Shown: positions 1-13,125, numbered from the stretch's first letter. The stretch: 64,000 bases of DNA from an uncultured bacterium (GCA_963786935.1 CAWBAN010000001.1:320001-384000); one strand, 5' to 3'. A program made the numbers and translations. The notes: a model not told the origin generated them from the letters alone.

Positions 1-1440
1 ATCACGTCGCAGTATCCCGATCAGGGGGTTATTTCGTGCGCGGTGGGGGATACGCTTGAATTCCATATCACCGCCGAGGACGATCATCCGGAAGCCCTCC
101 AGCTCCTCTATCAGCTCGACGGCATACTGCTCAAGTCGGGCTCGGAGGATCTGGCGCACCGGTTCATGGAGCGCGGCGATTTTCGCCTCGACGCGATCGC
201 TTGGGACGGGCAGTACGGCGACACGGTCGGCTGGGACGTCAGCGTCGCGGGATTCCCCGATACGATCGCTCCGGGCCCCGTCATCGATCTCGCGGGCGAG
301 CCCGGCTCGATCGACGGCTCGATTTCGCTCGTCTGGACGGCGCCGGGGGACGACGAGAACGAAGGGCGCGCGGCCTCCTACGTCGTGAAGACGTCGGTGT
401 ACCCGATTCTGACCGAGGAGGATTGGAACGACGCCGAAGGCAAGCCCGGGGAGCCAATTCCTTCCCCGGCGGGAACGGTCGAGCATATGACGATCCGGAA
501 TCTCATCTCGGCGAGCTACGTGTACGTCGGGATGCGCGCCGTGGACGATTTCTTCAATATGTCGCCGATCGGAAACAGTATCAAGGTGCTCGTGAGGGGA
601 ATCGATATCGGCGGCCGCACGCTCAACGCCGCCACGGGAGAGCCCGTTCAGGGGATCGAAGTGCTCACGAGCCTGAAGCGGGACACGAGCGGCGCGGACG
701 GCTCGTATCTCATCTACAACATTCCTTCCTATACGACCTCGGTGCTCGCGCGGGACGAGAACAACACGAACCTGCTCGGCGACTATTTCAACTGCTCGTC
801 CGCGATCACGACGGTGACGCAGCTCGACAAGGACTTCTACATGATACCGGCGTTCGCGCTCGTCAACACCGTACCTCCCGATCCGTACGAGGGCCGGTGG
901 CTCGCGTTCTTCAAGGAGATCACGAGGACCGACGGCTACGTGGGGCGGCCGACCGTGTACGTCGGCTGGAATCACTGGCCGATCAAGGTCTACACCCCGT
1001 CGCAGACGTACATGGGTCTCGATCTTCAGCTCGTCAGCCGGAACGCGCTCGAGGACTGGGAGCAGTCGACGGGCGTCGATCTTTTCGTCGAGGTGCCGAC
1101 GGAGACCGGCGCGGACGTCGTGGTGAAATACGACACGCTGATCGACGAGCGGCACCACGTGGAGACGCCTCTGCGCAACGCGGACGGCACGCCGGCTCTC
1201 AAGGAGATTTATATTTATACGAAGAATACCGACGTACCCCTTTCGAGATTCGCCCATCTGGTCTTCACCCACGAGCTCGGCCATGTTATCGGGCTCGATC
1301 ACAGCAGGAACGTCGGGCATCTCATGGTCGGCCTGACCATGCCGCAAGCGCACCATCCGACGACCGACGAGATCAACGTCGTTCGTGTTCTCTACCACAT
1401 GCCCAATTTCTTCGACTACAAGCATGTGATGGAGGATTAG
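1..1440 (+). CDS. Secreted matrixin/metzincin-family zinc metalloprotease with an FN3-like domain (5' truncated by the window edge)
   Basis: Frame 1 is open from position 1. Contains HELGHVIGLDHS (HExxHxxGxxH) followed by the Met-turn HLMVG, and an FN3-like segment LVWTAPGDD. Confidence 0.8.
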   Translation: MTSQYPDQGVISCAVGDTLEFHITAEDDHPEALQLLYQLDGILLKSGSEDLAHRFMERGDFRLDAIAWDGQYGDTVGWDVSVAGFPDTIAPGPVIDLAGEPGSIDGSISLVWTAPGDDENEGRAASYVVKTSVYPILTEEDWNDAEGKPGEPIPSPAGTVEHMTIRNLISASYVYVGMRAVDDFFNMSPIGNSIKVLVRGIDIGGRTLNAATGEPVQGIEVLTSLKRDTSGADGSYLIYNIPSYTTSVLARDENNTNLLGDYFNCSSAITTVTQLDKDFYMIPAFALVNTVPPDPYEGRWLAFFKEITRTDGYVGRPTVYVGWNHWPIKVYTPSQTYMGLDLQLVSRNALEDWEQSTGVDLFVEVPTETGADVVVKYDTLIDERHHVETPLRNADGTPALKEIYIYTKNTDVPLSRFAHLVFTHELGHVIGLDHSRNVGHLMVGLTMPQAHHPTTDEINVVRVLYHMPNFFDYKHVMED

Positions 1441-1466
1441 GTCATGCTGGCGGAATGATCGGACGA

Positions 1467-1489
1467 GCGTATGCCAAAATGGCATACGC
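1467..1489. promoter_or_regulatory. Perfect palindrome, putative upstream activator site for a sigma-54 enhancer-binding protein
   Basis: GCGTATGCCA-AAA-TGGCATACGC, a 10 bp perfect inverted repeat about 105-125 bp upstream of the -24 box. Confidence 0.6.
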
Positions 1490-1592
1490 CCTGAGCTGCT
1501 CATCGCATGGGATTGCAGGTAGTTCCTCCAGTCGTTCGATTAACTAACAGTGCAATAATCAATTAACTTGAATGCGGGACCGGAGGAGCTAA

Positions 1593-1609
1593 CTGGCATA
1601 ATCGGTGCG
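1593..1609 (+). promoter_or_regulatory. Sigma-54 (-24/-12) promoter of clpB
   Basis: CTGGCATAATCGGTGCG has GG at 1595-96 and GC at 1607-08 with canonical spacing. It ends about 40 nt before the clpB start. Confidence 0.7.
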
Positions 1610-1650
1610 GTGCTCCGCTGTGGAATACGGCTTTAGAGAGGTGATGCGAA

Positions 1651-4277
<2,627 letters not shown>

Positions 4278-4278
4278 C

Positions 4279-4307
4279 GAATGGTGTTTACGCGATAAAT
4301 ACCATTC
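4279..4307. terminator. Hairpin after clpB abutting the next -35 box (terminator or operator)
   Basis: GAATGGTGTTTA-CGCGA-TAAATACCATTC, a 12 bp stem with one G-U pair and only a short U-tract. Confidence 0.5.
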
Positions 4308-4336
4308 TTGACAAAGAGTTGTATTTCATGTAGAAT
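4308..4336 (+). promoter_or_regulatory. Sigma-70 promoter for the C25 peptidase gene
   Basis: TTGACA-N17-TAGAAT. Confidence 0.75.
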
Positions 4337-4493
4337 AGTGTGGTATCTGATTCCGCGCTCCTCTTCATGACCAGGAGTGGGATGTTCATCAAAGGAGCTG
4401 CACCATTCGGTCATACTGCTATTGTCTCTCTTGGAAGCTCTGTTAATTCACTGCCTTGGAAAATGGTTCGCTAGCAGCAGGAGGACTTGTTAC

Positions 4494-7400
4494 ATGCGAC
4501 GGATTTCATCCGCACTCCTCTCCCTCTTGATTTTCCTGGCCCTGCCGGTGCATTCCGCCTCAGGCGCCACCCTTTCATGGACCTTCAGCCTGGAGCCGGT
4601 GCAGCTCAGGTACGAAGATGCGGACGCCGGCCGCGTGCGCATCGCGATCGACGGGTATGCCGCGCTCGAGTATTTCGATCATCCGGCGCTGCCGTACCGG
4701 GTCGTGAGCGTGCTCCTTCCGCAGGGGGAAGACGTCTCGGCGTACCGGCTCGACGCGCTCGACCGCGTCTCGGTGAGGCCGGCCAAGCCGCTCGCCGTCT
4801 TCTCGGGGAGCTATCGGGACGACGGCGAAATGCTGGGGCTCGCCGCCGACGGCGCGGCGGGAGAGGGGGCGGATGCGGTCTTCCCCGCCTGGCGGGTGCG
4901 GCATCTCGGGACCGGCTCCTACCGGGGATACCGGATCGCCCAGTTCGCCGTCTATCCGGTCCGCTACGATGCGGGCTCGGGAGAGCTGACCATCGAGAGC
5001 TCGGTCCGGCTCGTCGTCGAAACGGCGCCGTCGAGCGACGCGGGCACGGTCGACCGTCTGCGCTATATCGAAGGATTCAGGGATGAATCGCGGAGGAGCG
5101 TCGAGGGGAAATGCGTCAATCCGGAGGCCGCCGCGGCCTATTCATTCGACGAGATCAAGGTCGATCCGGGAACGAGGGCGTTTCTCCCCAGCTACGAGCC
5201 GAGCATGGAGGGGAGCGACGTCAAGTATCTCATCATCACGAACGAGGCGATGTCCCCCGCGTTCCAGCGCCTCGCCGATTGGAAGACGAAGAAGGGAATC
5301 CCCGCGGTCGTGCGCACCGTCGAATACATCAAGGGGCGGAGCCGCTCGGGCGCGGATCTCGCGGAGACGCTCCGCAACTTCATCGCCGACGCCTACGCGC
5401 AGTGGGGCGTCGAGTACGTGCTCCTCGGCGGGGACACCGACGTGATCCCGGCCCGGTTCGGATTCGTCACGTTCTATACGGGGGAGTTCATCCCGACGGA
5501 TATGTACTACTCGTGCATCGACGGGACGTGGAACGCCGACGGCGATTCGCTCTGGGGCGAGGCGTTCCACAGCGCGCTCGACCAGGGGGACAACTGCGAC
5601 CTGTACTCCGAGGTGTACCTGGGGAGGCTCCCGGTGTCGACGTCGACCGAGGCGACCACCCTCGTGAACAAGATCATCAACTACTCGACGCCCACGGAAA
5701 CCGCGTCGAAGTCGAAGTTCCTCATGCTCGCGGAAGTGGTCTTCCCCTCCGATTACCACCCCGGCGACCAGATCATCCTCGACGGCGCGGAGATCGAGCA
5801 GTCCGTCTACAACGCCTACCTGGCCGGAAATCCCGACGTGACGACGGCGCGCCTCTACGAGAACTATCCGGCGTACGCGGGATCGCTCCCGCTCACGAGG
5901 GCCATCACGCTCGATTCGATGAGCGCCGGCGTGAATCACATTCTCCACACGGGGCACGGGTACAAGTACAACATGTCGGTCGGCGACGGGAGCATCCTCA
6001 ATTACGACGCGTCGAGCCTCACGAACGGGCACAAGCTCTTCTCGATGTACCTCATGAGCTGCACGAACGTCGCGTTCGACACCGATTGCCTCGCCGAGTA
6101 CTTCCTCCTCAATTCGAACGGCGGCGCGTTCGCCGTCACCGGATCGAGCAGGTCGGCGTTCCCGAGCGCGTCGCGCCCCTACCTGGATGAATACTACCGC
6201 CTCCTCTTTACGGAGGACGTCGTTCAGCTCGGGAGGCTTCAGACCCTCTCCCGCGAGCCGTTCACGGGCAGCGCGTACGGAGAGACCGCCGACCGGTGGA
6301 CGCACTTCATCTACAACTACCTCGGCGATCCCGAGATCTGTATCTACCAGGGGGCCGCGAAGACCTATGCGGTGACGAAGCCGGCCTCGGCCTCGTTCGG
6401 ATCGAATTCGATCTCGATCGGCGTGACGAGCGGGGGGGCGCCCGCCGACTCGGCCGTGGTCTGTCTCTACAAGAAAGGCGACGCGTACGCGTACGCGTCG
6501 ACCGGCCCCTCGGGCACGGTCGTGTTTCCCGCGTTTCTCTGCAAGAGCTCCGGCCCGATCTACGTGACCGTGACGGGGCTCGATCACGGAACCTATCGCG
6601 ATTCGATCATGGTCGCGCAGCAGGCGCCCGCGTACGTGCGGGTGAACAAGACGCGGGTCGAAGACTACATCGTCGGCAACAACGACCTCGCGCTCGACGC
6701 CGGCGAGTCGGTCAACCTGCAGGTCGAGCTCAAGAACACCGGCCAGACCGCCGCGGCGAAGCTCTATGCAATCGTCCGTTCGGCCGATCCGGCCGTGACG
6801 GTGACCGACAGCGTAGCGGTCTATCCCGATCTCGCGGCGGGCGCCAAGGCGTACGGGCTCGATCCCTACCTCTTCGGCGTCGCCGCGTCGGTGAGCGACC
6901 TGGATCCCGTCGAATTCACGATCGACGTGCGCGATTCCACGGGCCGCTTCTGGTCGGAGAAGTTCGCGATCGCGGTCCACGCGCCGGCGATCGAGATCTA
7001 CGTGAATGCGCTCAGCGACACGCTGCCGTTCGGAAACAACAACGGCGTCATCGAGGAGGGAGAGAGCTGCCGCCTCAGGATCGCGCTGAAGAACTACGGC
7101 ACGGGCGTGGCGCAGGGCATCACCGGCAAGATCCGCTCCCTCGACGGCGACATCGTCGTCACCGACAGCACGTCGAGCTACGGCGATATCTCGCTCCTCG
7201 AAGCCGAGAGCGGGCAGGGCTTCGTCCTCTCCGAGGTGAACCGGACGCAGGTGAACTATTTCACCTTCCAGGCGACCGACCGGTTCGGAAGAGTATTCTC
7301 CAAGCGGATGGAGCTTCGGAAGCCCGGCGCGCCGAAATCGGTCGTCCTCAACTCGAGCTACGGGCCGAACGAGATCCATCTGACGTGGCGCAGGCCCGAC

Positions 7401-9467
7401 TCGCTCGAGGCCTACCGGTACCAGGTGTATCGGTCGCTGACGACCGGCGGGCCGTACGGTCTCGCGAACGGCGACCTCGTCAAATACACGCTGTTCCGCG
7501 ACACGGGCCTTCAGTCGAGCACGCGGTACTATTACCGGGTGTCGCTCGTCGACTCGTGCGGCAACGAGGGCTCGATGAGCGCCGAGCAGACCGCCACGAC
7601 GAGTCCGCCGCAGCTCGCGGGATGGCCGAACAAGATGGCCAAGGAAACGGCGAGCAGCGTGAAGATCGGCGATCTCGACGGCGACGGCCGTCCCGAGGTC
7701 GTCACGGGATCCGACTACGTGTACGCGTGGCACGGCAACGGTATCGAGGTGCGCGACGGAGACAGCCAGCCGCTCACCTGGGGCGTATTCAATACGCTCG
7801 GGAGCAACTTCACGGCCACCGTCGCGCTCGCGAATCTCGACGGCGTGCCCGGGCTGGAGATCGTCGGCGCGTCGTGGAACACGAAGCAGATATTCGTATT
7901 CAACAAGAACGGCGCCGCGCTGCCGGGATGGCCGAAAACGACGGCCTACCTGTGCTGGGCGAGCCCCGTCGCCGGTGATTTGGACGGCGACGGCGATCTC
8001 GAGATCGTCGCGTACGACGTCTACGGCAAGGTGTACGCGTGGCATGCGAGCGGCGTCGAAGTCCGCGACGGCGACGCCAATCCGGCGACGGACGGCGTCT
8101 TCTTCGTGACGAAGAATCCGGGAACATGGCACATGTCCACGCCGGCGATCGCCGACATGGACGAGGACGGCATCGGCGAGATCATCGTGTGTTCTCCGAA
8201 CGACAGCATCTATTGCCTCAACGGCAACGGAACGAGGGTGTCCGGCTGGCCGCTGAAGGTGGCCGACAGCGGCGCCAACATCACGTCGAGCCCCGCCGTC
8301 GGGGATATCGACGGGGACGGTCATCTCGAGGTGATCGTGCAGAGCAGCAGCGGGCGCATATACGGGTTGAACCACGACGCCACCTCGATGACGGGCTGGC
8401 CGCTGTGGATCTACAGCAATACGGGGACGATTTGCCCGTCTCCGGCGCTCGCCGATCTCAACAACGACGGGAAGCTCGAGGTCGTGATCGCGGGTCTCGA
8501 CAAGAACTGCTACGTGGTGCGGTATAACGGCACGGCGCTGACGGGATGGCCGCAGGCGTACGCGACGACGGGCACATCCGAATCATCGCCCATCATCGCC
8601 GATATCAACGGCGACGGCAGCCTCGATATTCTCCTCGCCTGCGAGGAGGGCCGTCTCAACGCGTGGACGCAGAGCGGCTCCTTCATCCCGGGCTTCCCGA
8701 TCCGTCTCGGCAGCTTCATTCGCGGCACGCCGATGGTGCACGACGTGGACTATAACGGCGATATCGAGCTCGCCGCCACCTGCTGGGACGCCAACGTCTA
8801 CGTGTGGGATCTCTCGGCCTCGTACTATCGCGGCTGCGCGCAGTGGAACGGCTTCCACGGGAACATCTACAACTCGGGCTGGAAGGAATTCGTCCCGGCG
8901 ACGGCGGTCGAGCAGATCACGTGCGTCTATCGCCTGCTCGAGGACGTCATCGAGCTCAACTGGTCCGTGTTCCCCGATGTCGCGTCCTGGAATCTCTACC
9001 GGGAGAAGCGCGGCGGCGACTTCGAGATTCTCGTTTCGGGGCTCCGGCCCGATCAGTCGAGCGTCATCAACTACGTCGACGGATCCGCCGAAGCGGGGCT
9101 CGTGTACCGCTACCGGCTCGAGGCGGAGGGACGGAGCGACCTCTCGCTGACCACGGCGGAGATCATGATGCCGGTGCAGAACGTGCGCCTGTACCAGAAC
9201 CATCCCAACCCGTTCAATCCGTCGACCGTGATTCCGTTCACCGTGCCGGGCGGAATGGGGGCGCGGCGCAGCGTATACCTCGCGGTGTACGACGTGAACG
9301 GCGCCCTCGTGAAGACCCTCCTGAGCGGCACGATCGAGGGAGGAAGGCACGAGGCGCGGTGGGACGGCCGGAACGATCGCGGCGAAAGCGTGGCGACGGG
9401 CATCTATTTCGCCCAGATCAAGTCCGGCGGTTTCAAGGAGGCCCGGAAGATGATTCTCCTCCGCTAG
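4494..9467 (+). CDS. Large secreted gingipain-like C25 cysteine peptidase with propeptide, Ig/FN3 domains, FG-GAP/VCBS repeats and a C-terminal FlgD/T9SS-like sorting domain
   Basis: Signal peptide and SD GGAGG. C25 motifs YVLLGGD, GRLP, the catalytic HTGHG and MSC, and YNYLGDP. Repeated DLDGDG/GWP units. C-terminal QNHPNPFNPST...WDGRNDRGESVATGIYF. Confidence 0.9.
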   Translation: MRRISSALLSLLIFLALPVHSASGATLSWTFSLEPVQLRYEDADAGRVRIAIDGYAALEYFDHPALPYRVVSVLLPQGEDVSAYRLDALDRVSVRPAKPLAVFSGSYRDDGEMLGLAADGAAGEGADAVFPAWRVRHLGTGSYRGYRIAQFAVYPVRYDAGSGELTIESSVRLVVETAPSSDAGTVDRLRYIEGFRDESRRSVEGKCVNPEAAAAYSFDEIKVDPGTRAFLPSYEPSMEGSDVKYLIITNEAMSPAFQRLADWKTKKGIPAVVRTVEYIKGRSRSGADLAETLRNFIADAYAQWGVEYVLLGGDTDVIPARFGFVTFYTGEFIPTDMYYSCIDGTWNADGDSLWGEAFHSALDQGDNCDLYSEVYLGRLPVSTSTEATTLVNKIINYSTPTETASKSKFLMLAEVVFPSDYHPGDQIILDGAEIEQSVYNAYLAGNPDVTTARLYENYPAYAGSLPLTRAITLDSMSAGVNHILHTGHGYKYNMSVGDGSILNYDASSLTNGHKLFSMYLMSCTNVAFDTDCLAEYFLLNSNGGAFAVTGSSRSAFPSASRPYLDEYYRLLFTEDVVQLGRLQTLSREPFTGSAYGETADRWTHFIYNYLGDPEICIYQGAAKTYAVTKPASASFGSNSISIGVTSGGAPADSAVVCLYKKGDAYAYASTGPSGTVVFPAFLCKSSGPIYVTVTGLDHGTYRDSIMVAQQAPAYVRVNKTRVEDYIVGNNDLALDAGESVNLQVELKNTGQTAAAKLYAIVRSADPAVTVTDSVAVYPDLAAGAKAYGLDPYLFGVAASVSDLDPVEFTIDVRDSTGRFWSEKFAIAVHAPAIEIYVNALSDTLPFGNNNGVIEEGESCRLRIALKNYGTGVAQGITGKIRSLDGDIVVTDSTSSYGDISLLEAESGQGFVLSEVNRTQVNYFTFQATDRFGRVFSKRMELRKPGAPKSVVLNSSYGPNEIHLTWRRPDSLEAYRYQVYRSLTTGGPYGLANGDLVKYTLFRDTGLQSSTRYYYRVSLVDSCGNEGSMSAEQTATTSPPQLAGWPNKMAKETASSVKIGDLDGDGRPEVVTGSDYVYAWHGNGIEVRDGDSQPLTWGVFNTLGSNFTATVALANLDGVPGLEIVGASWNTKQIFVFNKNGAALPGWPKTTAYLCWASPVAGDLDGDGDLEIVAYDVYGKVYAWHASGVEVRDGDANPATDGVFFVTKNPGTWHMSTPAIADMDEDGIGEIIVCSPNDSIYCLNGNGTRVSGWPLKVADSGANITSSPAVGDIDGDGHLEVIVQSSSGRIYGLNHDATSMTGWPLWIYSNTGTICPSPALADLNNDGKLEVVIAGLDKNCYVVRYNGTALTGWPQAYATTGTSESSPIIADINGDGSLDILLACEEGRLNAWTQSGSFIPGFPIRLGSFIRGTPMVHDVDYNGDIELAATCWDANVYVWDLSASYYRGCAQWNGFHGNIYNSGWKEFVPATAVEQITCVYRLLEDVIELNWSVFPDVASWNLYREKRGGDFEILVSGLRPDQSSVINYVDGSAEAGLVYRYRLEAEGRSDLSLTTAEIMMPVQNVRLYQNHPNPFNPSTVIPFTVPGGMGARRSVYLAVYDVNGALVKTLLSGTIEGGRHEARWDGRNDRGESVATGIYFAQIKSGGFKEARKMILLR

Positions 9468-9892
9468 CCGTTCGGGCGGGCGGATCGGCGCTTTTCCGGA
9501 TGCCGCAGCCGGATGTAGCGCTCGAGCTCCTCGTACGAGTGGAAGTGGAGATCGAATTCGTACTCGTCGTGGAACTCGCATTCCGAGGACTTGTGTTGCC
9601 GGCAGATCCGAGGCCGCGACGGATAGATGAGACAGCCCCGTGCCGGATCGTAGAACCGGCACGGGGTTCTTACCATCAGGTACCATCGCCTGCGTTTCGT
9701 GTAAATCTCGACATCCCGGTGAGCGAGCATCCAGAGAACGTCGTCGAAATCCCTCGCGCTCTCCGGCGCTTCGATCTCGGTCGAAAAGTACATGCAGCAT
9801 CGGGCGGGAACACACGCCGTGCAGGTCGCCGAATCCTTCGCTCGGCTCAGTTTCCGTCGCGGCGTTCTCGCGGTGGTGCGTTTTGCGGGCAC
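9464..9892 (-). CDS. YkgJ-family cysteine cluster (Zn/Fe-S) protein
   Basis: CxxCxxxxCC...CRFYD...CLIYPSRPRICR. GTG start preceded by SD GGAGGG. Confidence 0.85.
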   Translation of the reverse strand: MPAKRTTARTPRRKLSRAKDSATCTACVPARCCMYFSTEIEAPESARDFDDVLWMLAHRDVEIYTKRRRWYLMVRTPCRFYDPARGCLIYPSRPRICRQHKSSECEFHDEYEFDLHFHSYEELERYIRLRHPEKRRSARPNG

Positions 9893-10133
9893 GGCGCTCC
9901 CTCCTTCGGGTGTTCGAGCGGCGATTGTACAGCCGGCGGGGCGGAAGCGGCAAGCCCTTCCTGAGCGGACCCGGACGCGTCCGCCGCGGCAACGGGGCTT
10001 CGGCAAAGGGCATTGACACCCTCTTCCCTCATATTGTATCGTGTATCTTTAGCGCAATTTTTTAAGAAAAGTGAATTTCAGCAATCGCTCGCCGGGCGAT
10101 TTTTCATGCGCGGCGCGGATAAAAGGAAGGTCC

Positions 10134-11297
10134 ATGATATACCTGCTGACCGAGGACGAGAGGATGATCCAGAAGACCGCCCGCGACTTCGCCCGCAAGG
10201 AGCTCGCACCCGTCTCCCTCGAGGCGAACGAGAAGGGCGTGTTCCCCGATCATATCTTCAAGAAGCTCGGTGAGCTCGGATTCATGGGAATCACCATGCC
10301 GGAGGAGTACGGCGGCGTCAATCTCGGCACCTTCTCCCTCGTCCTCGTGCTCGAGGAGATAAACGCGGTGTGCGCGTCGACCGGCGTGACGATGTCGGTG
10401 CACAACTCGCTCACGAACTGGTGCATCCTCAAGTACGGAAGCGAGAAAACCCGCGCGCGGCTCCTCCCGAGGCTCGCGGCGGGGGAGATTCTCGGCGCGT
10501 ACGCGATCACCGAATCGGAGGCGGGAAGCGATGTCTCCGCGATGCGCATGACGGCGGTCCGGAAGGGGAACGAGTATATCCTGAACGGCGCCAAGATATT
10601 CATCTCCACGGGCGACAAGGCGGGAGCGATCATCGTGTTCGCCCGCACCGACCAGAAAGACCGGACGAAGGGGATCAGCGCCTTCGTCGTGGAGCCCGAC
10701 GCGCCGGGATTCTCTATCGGGAAGATCGAAAAGAAAATGGGATTGAAGGCGTCGACGACGGTCGAGCTCGTCTTCGAGGATTGCCGCGTGAGCGCGGACA
10801 ATCTCCTCGGCGCGGAGGGAATGGGGATGAAGATCGCGCTCGCGGGCCTCGACGGCGGCAGGATCGGCATCGCCGCGCAGGCGGTCGGCATCGCGCAGGC
10901 CGCGCTCGAGGAGGGGCTCCGGTTCTCGCGCGAGCGGAAGCAGTTCAACACGCGAATCGTGGATTTCCAGTCGACCCGGTGGAAGATCGCCGACATGGCG
11001 ACGGCCGTCGACGCGGCGCGTCTCTTGACCTACCGCGCGGCGAAGCTCAGGGACGCCGGCGCGCCGTGCTCGAAGGAATCGTCCATGGCGAAGCTCTTCG
11101 CGAGCCGCACGGCGAACGCGGTCGTGTACGACGCGCTCCAGATGCACGGGGGGGTCGGCTATACGGAGGATTTCCTCGTCGAGCGGCTGTTCCGGGACGC
11201 CCGGGTGACCGAGATCTACGAGGGAACGAGCGAGATTCAGCGTCTCGTCATCTCGAAGGCGGTCATCGAGGAGTTCGAACGGACCGTTCCGGATTGA
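10134..11297 (+). CDS. Acyl-CoA dehydrogenase (butyryl-CoA/short-chain type)
   Basis: AITESEAGSD, GGRIGIAAQAVG, ERKQF and IYEGTSEIQR motifs. Confidence 0.95.
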   Translation: MIYLLTEDERMIQKTARDFARKELAPVSLEANEKGVFPDHIFKKLGELGFMGITMPEEYGGVNLGTFSLVLVLEEINAVCASTGVTMSVHNSLTNWCILKYGSEKTRARLLPRLAAGEILGAYAITESEAGSDVSAMRMTAVRKGNEYILNGAKIFISTGDKAGAIIVFARTDQKDRTKGISAFVVEPDAPGFSIGKIEKKMGLKASTTVELVFEDCRVSADNLLGAEGMGMKIALAGLDGGRIGIAAQAVGIAQAALEEGLRFSRERKQFNTRIVDFQSTRWKIADMATAVDAARLLTYRAAKLRDAGAPCSKESSMAKLFASRTANAVVYDALQMHGGVGYTEDFLVERLFRDARVTEIYEGTSEIQRLVISKAVIEEFERTVPD

Positions 11298-11324
11298 TGC
11301 GCACGGCAGCGAAAGGAGGAGCAC

Positions 11325-12116
11325 TTGAAAATTCTCGCGCTCTTGAAACGGGTGCCCGATACCGAGGCGAAGATCCTGATCAACCAGGACGGCACCGGCA
11401 TCAAGGATGAGGGCATCAAGTACGTCATCAACACGTACGACGAGTACGCGGTCGAGGAAGGCTTGCGGCTCAAGGAAAAGGCGGGGGGCACGAGCACGGT
11501 GACGGTCGTGTGTGTGGGGCCCGAGGAGGCGACCGAGCTGATCCGGACGGCGCTCGCGATGGGCGCCGACGACGCCGTGCACGTGTGCGACAAGGCGCTC
11601 GAGCGCCCCGATCCGTTCGTCGTCGCCTCCGTGCTGGCGAAGGCGATCACGACTGAGGGATTCGACATCATTTTCTGCGGCAAACAGGCGATCGACGACG
11701 ACATGGGACAGGTTCAGTCGATACTCGCCGAGATGCTCGGCATTCCGCAGGTGAACGTGGCGACGGCGTTCGAGATGGCCGCCGACGCGAAGCGCGCCAC
11801 GGTGCGGCGCCGCGTCGAGGGAGGGGACGAGAAAGTGGAGACGAGCCTCCCCGTCATCGTATCGTGCGAGAAGGGTCTCAACGATCCGCGGTACGCGTCC
11901 CTGCCGGGCATCATGAAAGCGAAGAAGAAGGAAATCAGGAAAAAGACGCTGGCCGATCTCGGATTCGCCCAGGCTCCCGGCGACGCGCGGAGCACGATCC
12001 TGCGCTGGCTGCCCCCGCCCAAGAGCGCGGGGTGCACGATGGTCAAGGCCGAGGAGACGCGGGATGCCGTGAAGGAGCTCGTGCGGCTGCTCCGCGAAGA
12101 GGCAAAGGTCGTTTAG
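11325..12116 (+). CDS. etfB: Electron transfer flavoprotein beta subunit
   Basis: KRVPDTE, DEYAVEE, GKQAIDDD and PRYASLPGIMKAKKK motifs. TTG start with SD AGGAGG. Confidence 0.95.
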   Translation: MKILALLKRVPDTEAKILINQDGTGIKDEGIKYVINTYDEYAVEEGLRLKEKAGGTSTVTVVCVGPEEATELIRTALAMGADDAVHVCDKALERPDPFVVASVLAKAITTEGFDIIFCGKQAIDDDMGQVQSILAEMLGIPQVNVATAFEMAADAKRATVRRRVEGGDEKVETSLPVIVSCEKGLNDPRYASLPGIMKAKKKEIRKKTLADLGFAQAPGDARSTILRWLPPPKSAGCTMVKAEETRDAVKELVRLLREEAKVV

Positions 12117-12144
12117 GCGCTGCTCGACAGGAAGGATGTTCATA

Positions 12145-13125
12145 ATGGCGAACGATATTCTGGTATTCGGCGAGGTCCGCGGGGGAGGCATCAAGAAAAT
12201 CACGAAAGAGCTCGTCGGCGCGGCGCGGCGCGTGTCGGCCGCGGCCGGCGGGGCGATCGACGCGGCGCTCATCGGATCGGGGGCGCGCGCGGCGGCGGAA
12301 GGTCTGACGGGATTCGGGCTGCGGAAGATCGTCGTAGCCGAGGACGACGCGCTCGCGCGCTATTCGACCGAGGGGTACGCCGCGGTGCTCTCCGATATCG
12401 CGAAGCGGGGAGCCTACTCGTACGTGTTCCTCGGCGCGACGGCGATGGGGAGGGACCTCGGTCCCCGGGTCGCCGCGAAGACGGACGGCGTGATGTTCAG
12501 CGACTGCGTCGACGTGCGCATGGAAGGGAGCCGGTGCGTCGCCCGCAGGCCCGTGTATTCGGGCAGGGCGTACGTCGAGATCGTCAGGACGGGGGAGCGG
12601 CAGAACTTCATTTCGATCCGGCCCAACAACGTCCCGCCGGCCGAGCCGACCGGGGGAGCCACGCCGGTCGAGACGCACGCCTCGAGCGTCGCGCGGGACG
12701 CGATCCGCGCCATCGTCACCGAGATCTTTCCCCTCGAAGGGGGGCGCCCCGATCTCACCGAGGCGGACGTCATCGTGACGGGCGGGCGCGCCATGAAAGA
12801 CAAGGCGAATTTCAAGATACTCGAGGAGCTCGCCGATCTCCTCGGCGCCGCGGTCGGAGCTTCGCGCGCCGCCGTCGACGCGGGCTTCGCGCCGGTCGCG
12901 ATCCAGGTGGGACAGACGGGCAAGATCGTGAATCCGAAGCTCTATATCGCCTGCGGGGTCTCGGGCGCGATCCAGCACCTCGCCGGCATGCGCACCTCGA
13001 AGGTCATTGTCGCGATCAACAAGGATCCGAACGCGCCGATCTTCGAGCGCGCCACCTATGGAATCGTCGGCGACCTCTTCGAAATCGTGCCGATGCTGAC
13101 GGAGGAGCTGAAGAAGATTCTATGA
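12145..13125 (+). CDS. etfA: Electron transfer flavoprotein alpha subunit
   Basis: [17 protein letters not shown] and [12 protein letters not shown] motifs. Alternative start at 12136. Confidence 0.95.
   Translation: MANDILVFGEVRGGGIKKITKELVGAARRVSAAAGGAIDAALIGSGARAAAEGLTGFGLRKIVVAEDDALARYSTEGYAAVLSDIAKRGAYSYVFLGATAMGRDLGPRVAAKTDGVMFSDCVDVRMEGSRCVARRPVYSGRAYVEIVRTGERQNFISIRPNNVPPAEPTGGATPVETHASSVARDAIRAIVTEIFPLEGGRPDLTEADVIVTGGRAMKDKANFKILEELADLLGAAVGASRAAVDAGFAPVAIQVGQTGKIVNPKLYIACGVSGAIQHLAGMRTSKVIVAINKDPNAPIFERATYGIVGDLFEIVPMLTEELKKIL

Noticed and set aside
1441..1650. CIRCE (HrcA) or CtsR operator upstream of clpB
   Set aside because: I found no TTAGCACTC-N9-GAGTGCTAA and no CtsR heptad repeats. 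The IHF-like match near 1557-1570 is imperfect, so it was not called.
5142..8375. Very long antisense or alternative-frame ORFs (also 10104-12272, 13056-15107, 21354-24101, 35274-37505, 60471-62714 and others)
   Set aside because: These are shadow ORFs from high GC3 codon bias. They overlap well-supported genes and carry no recognisable motifs.
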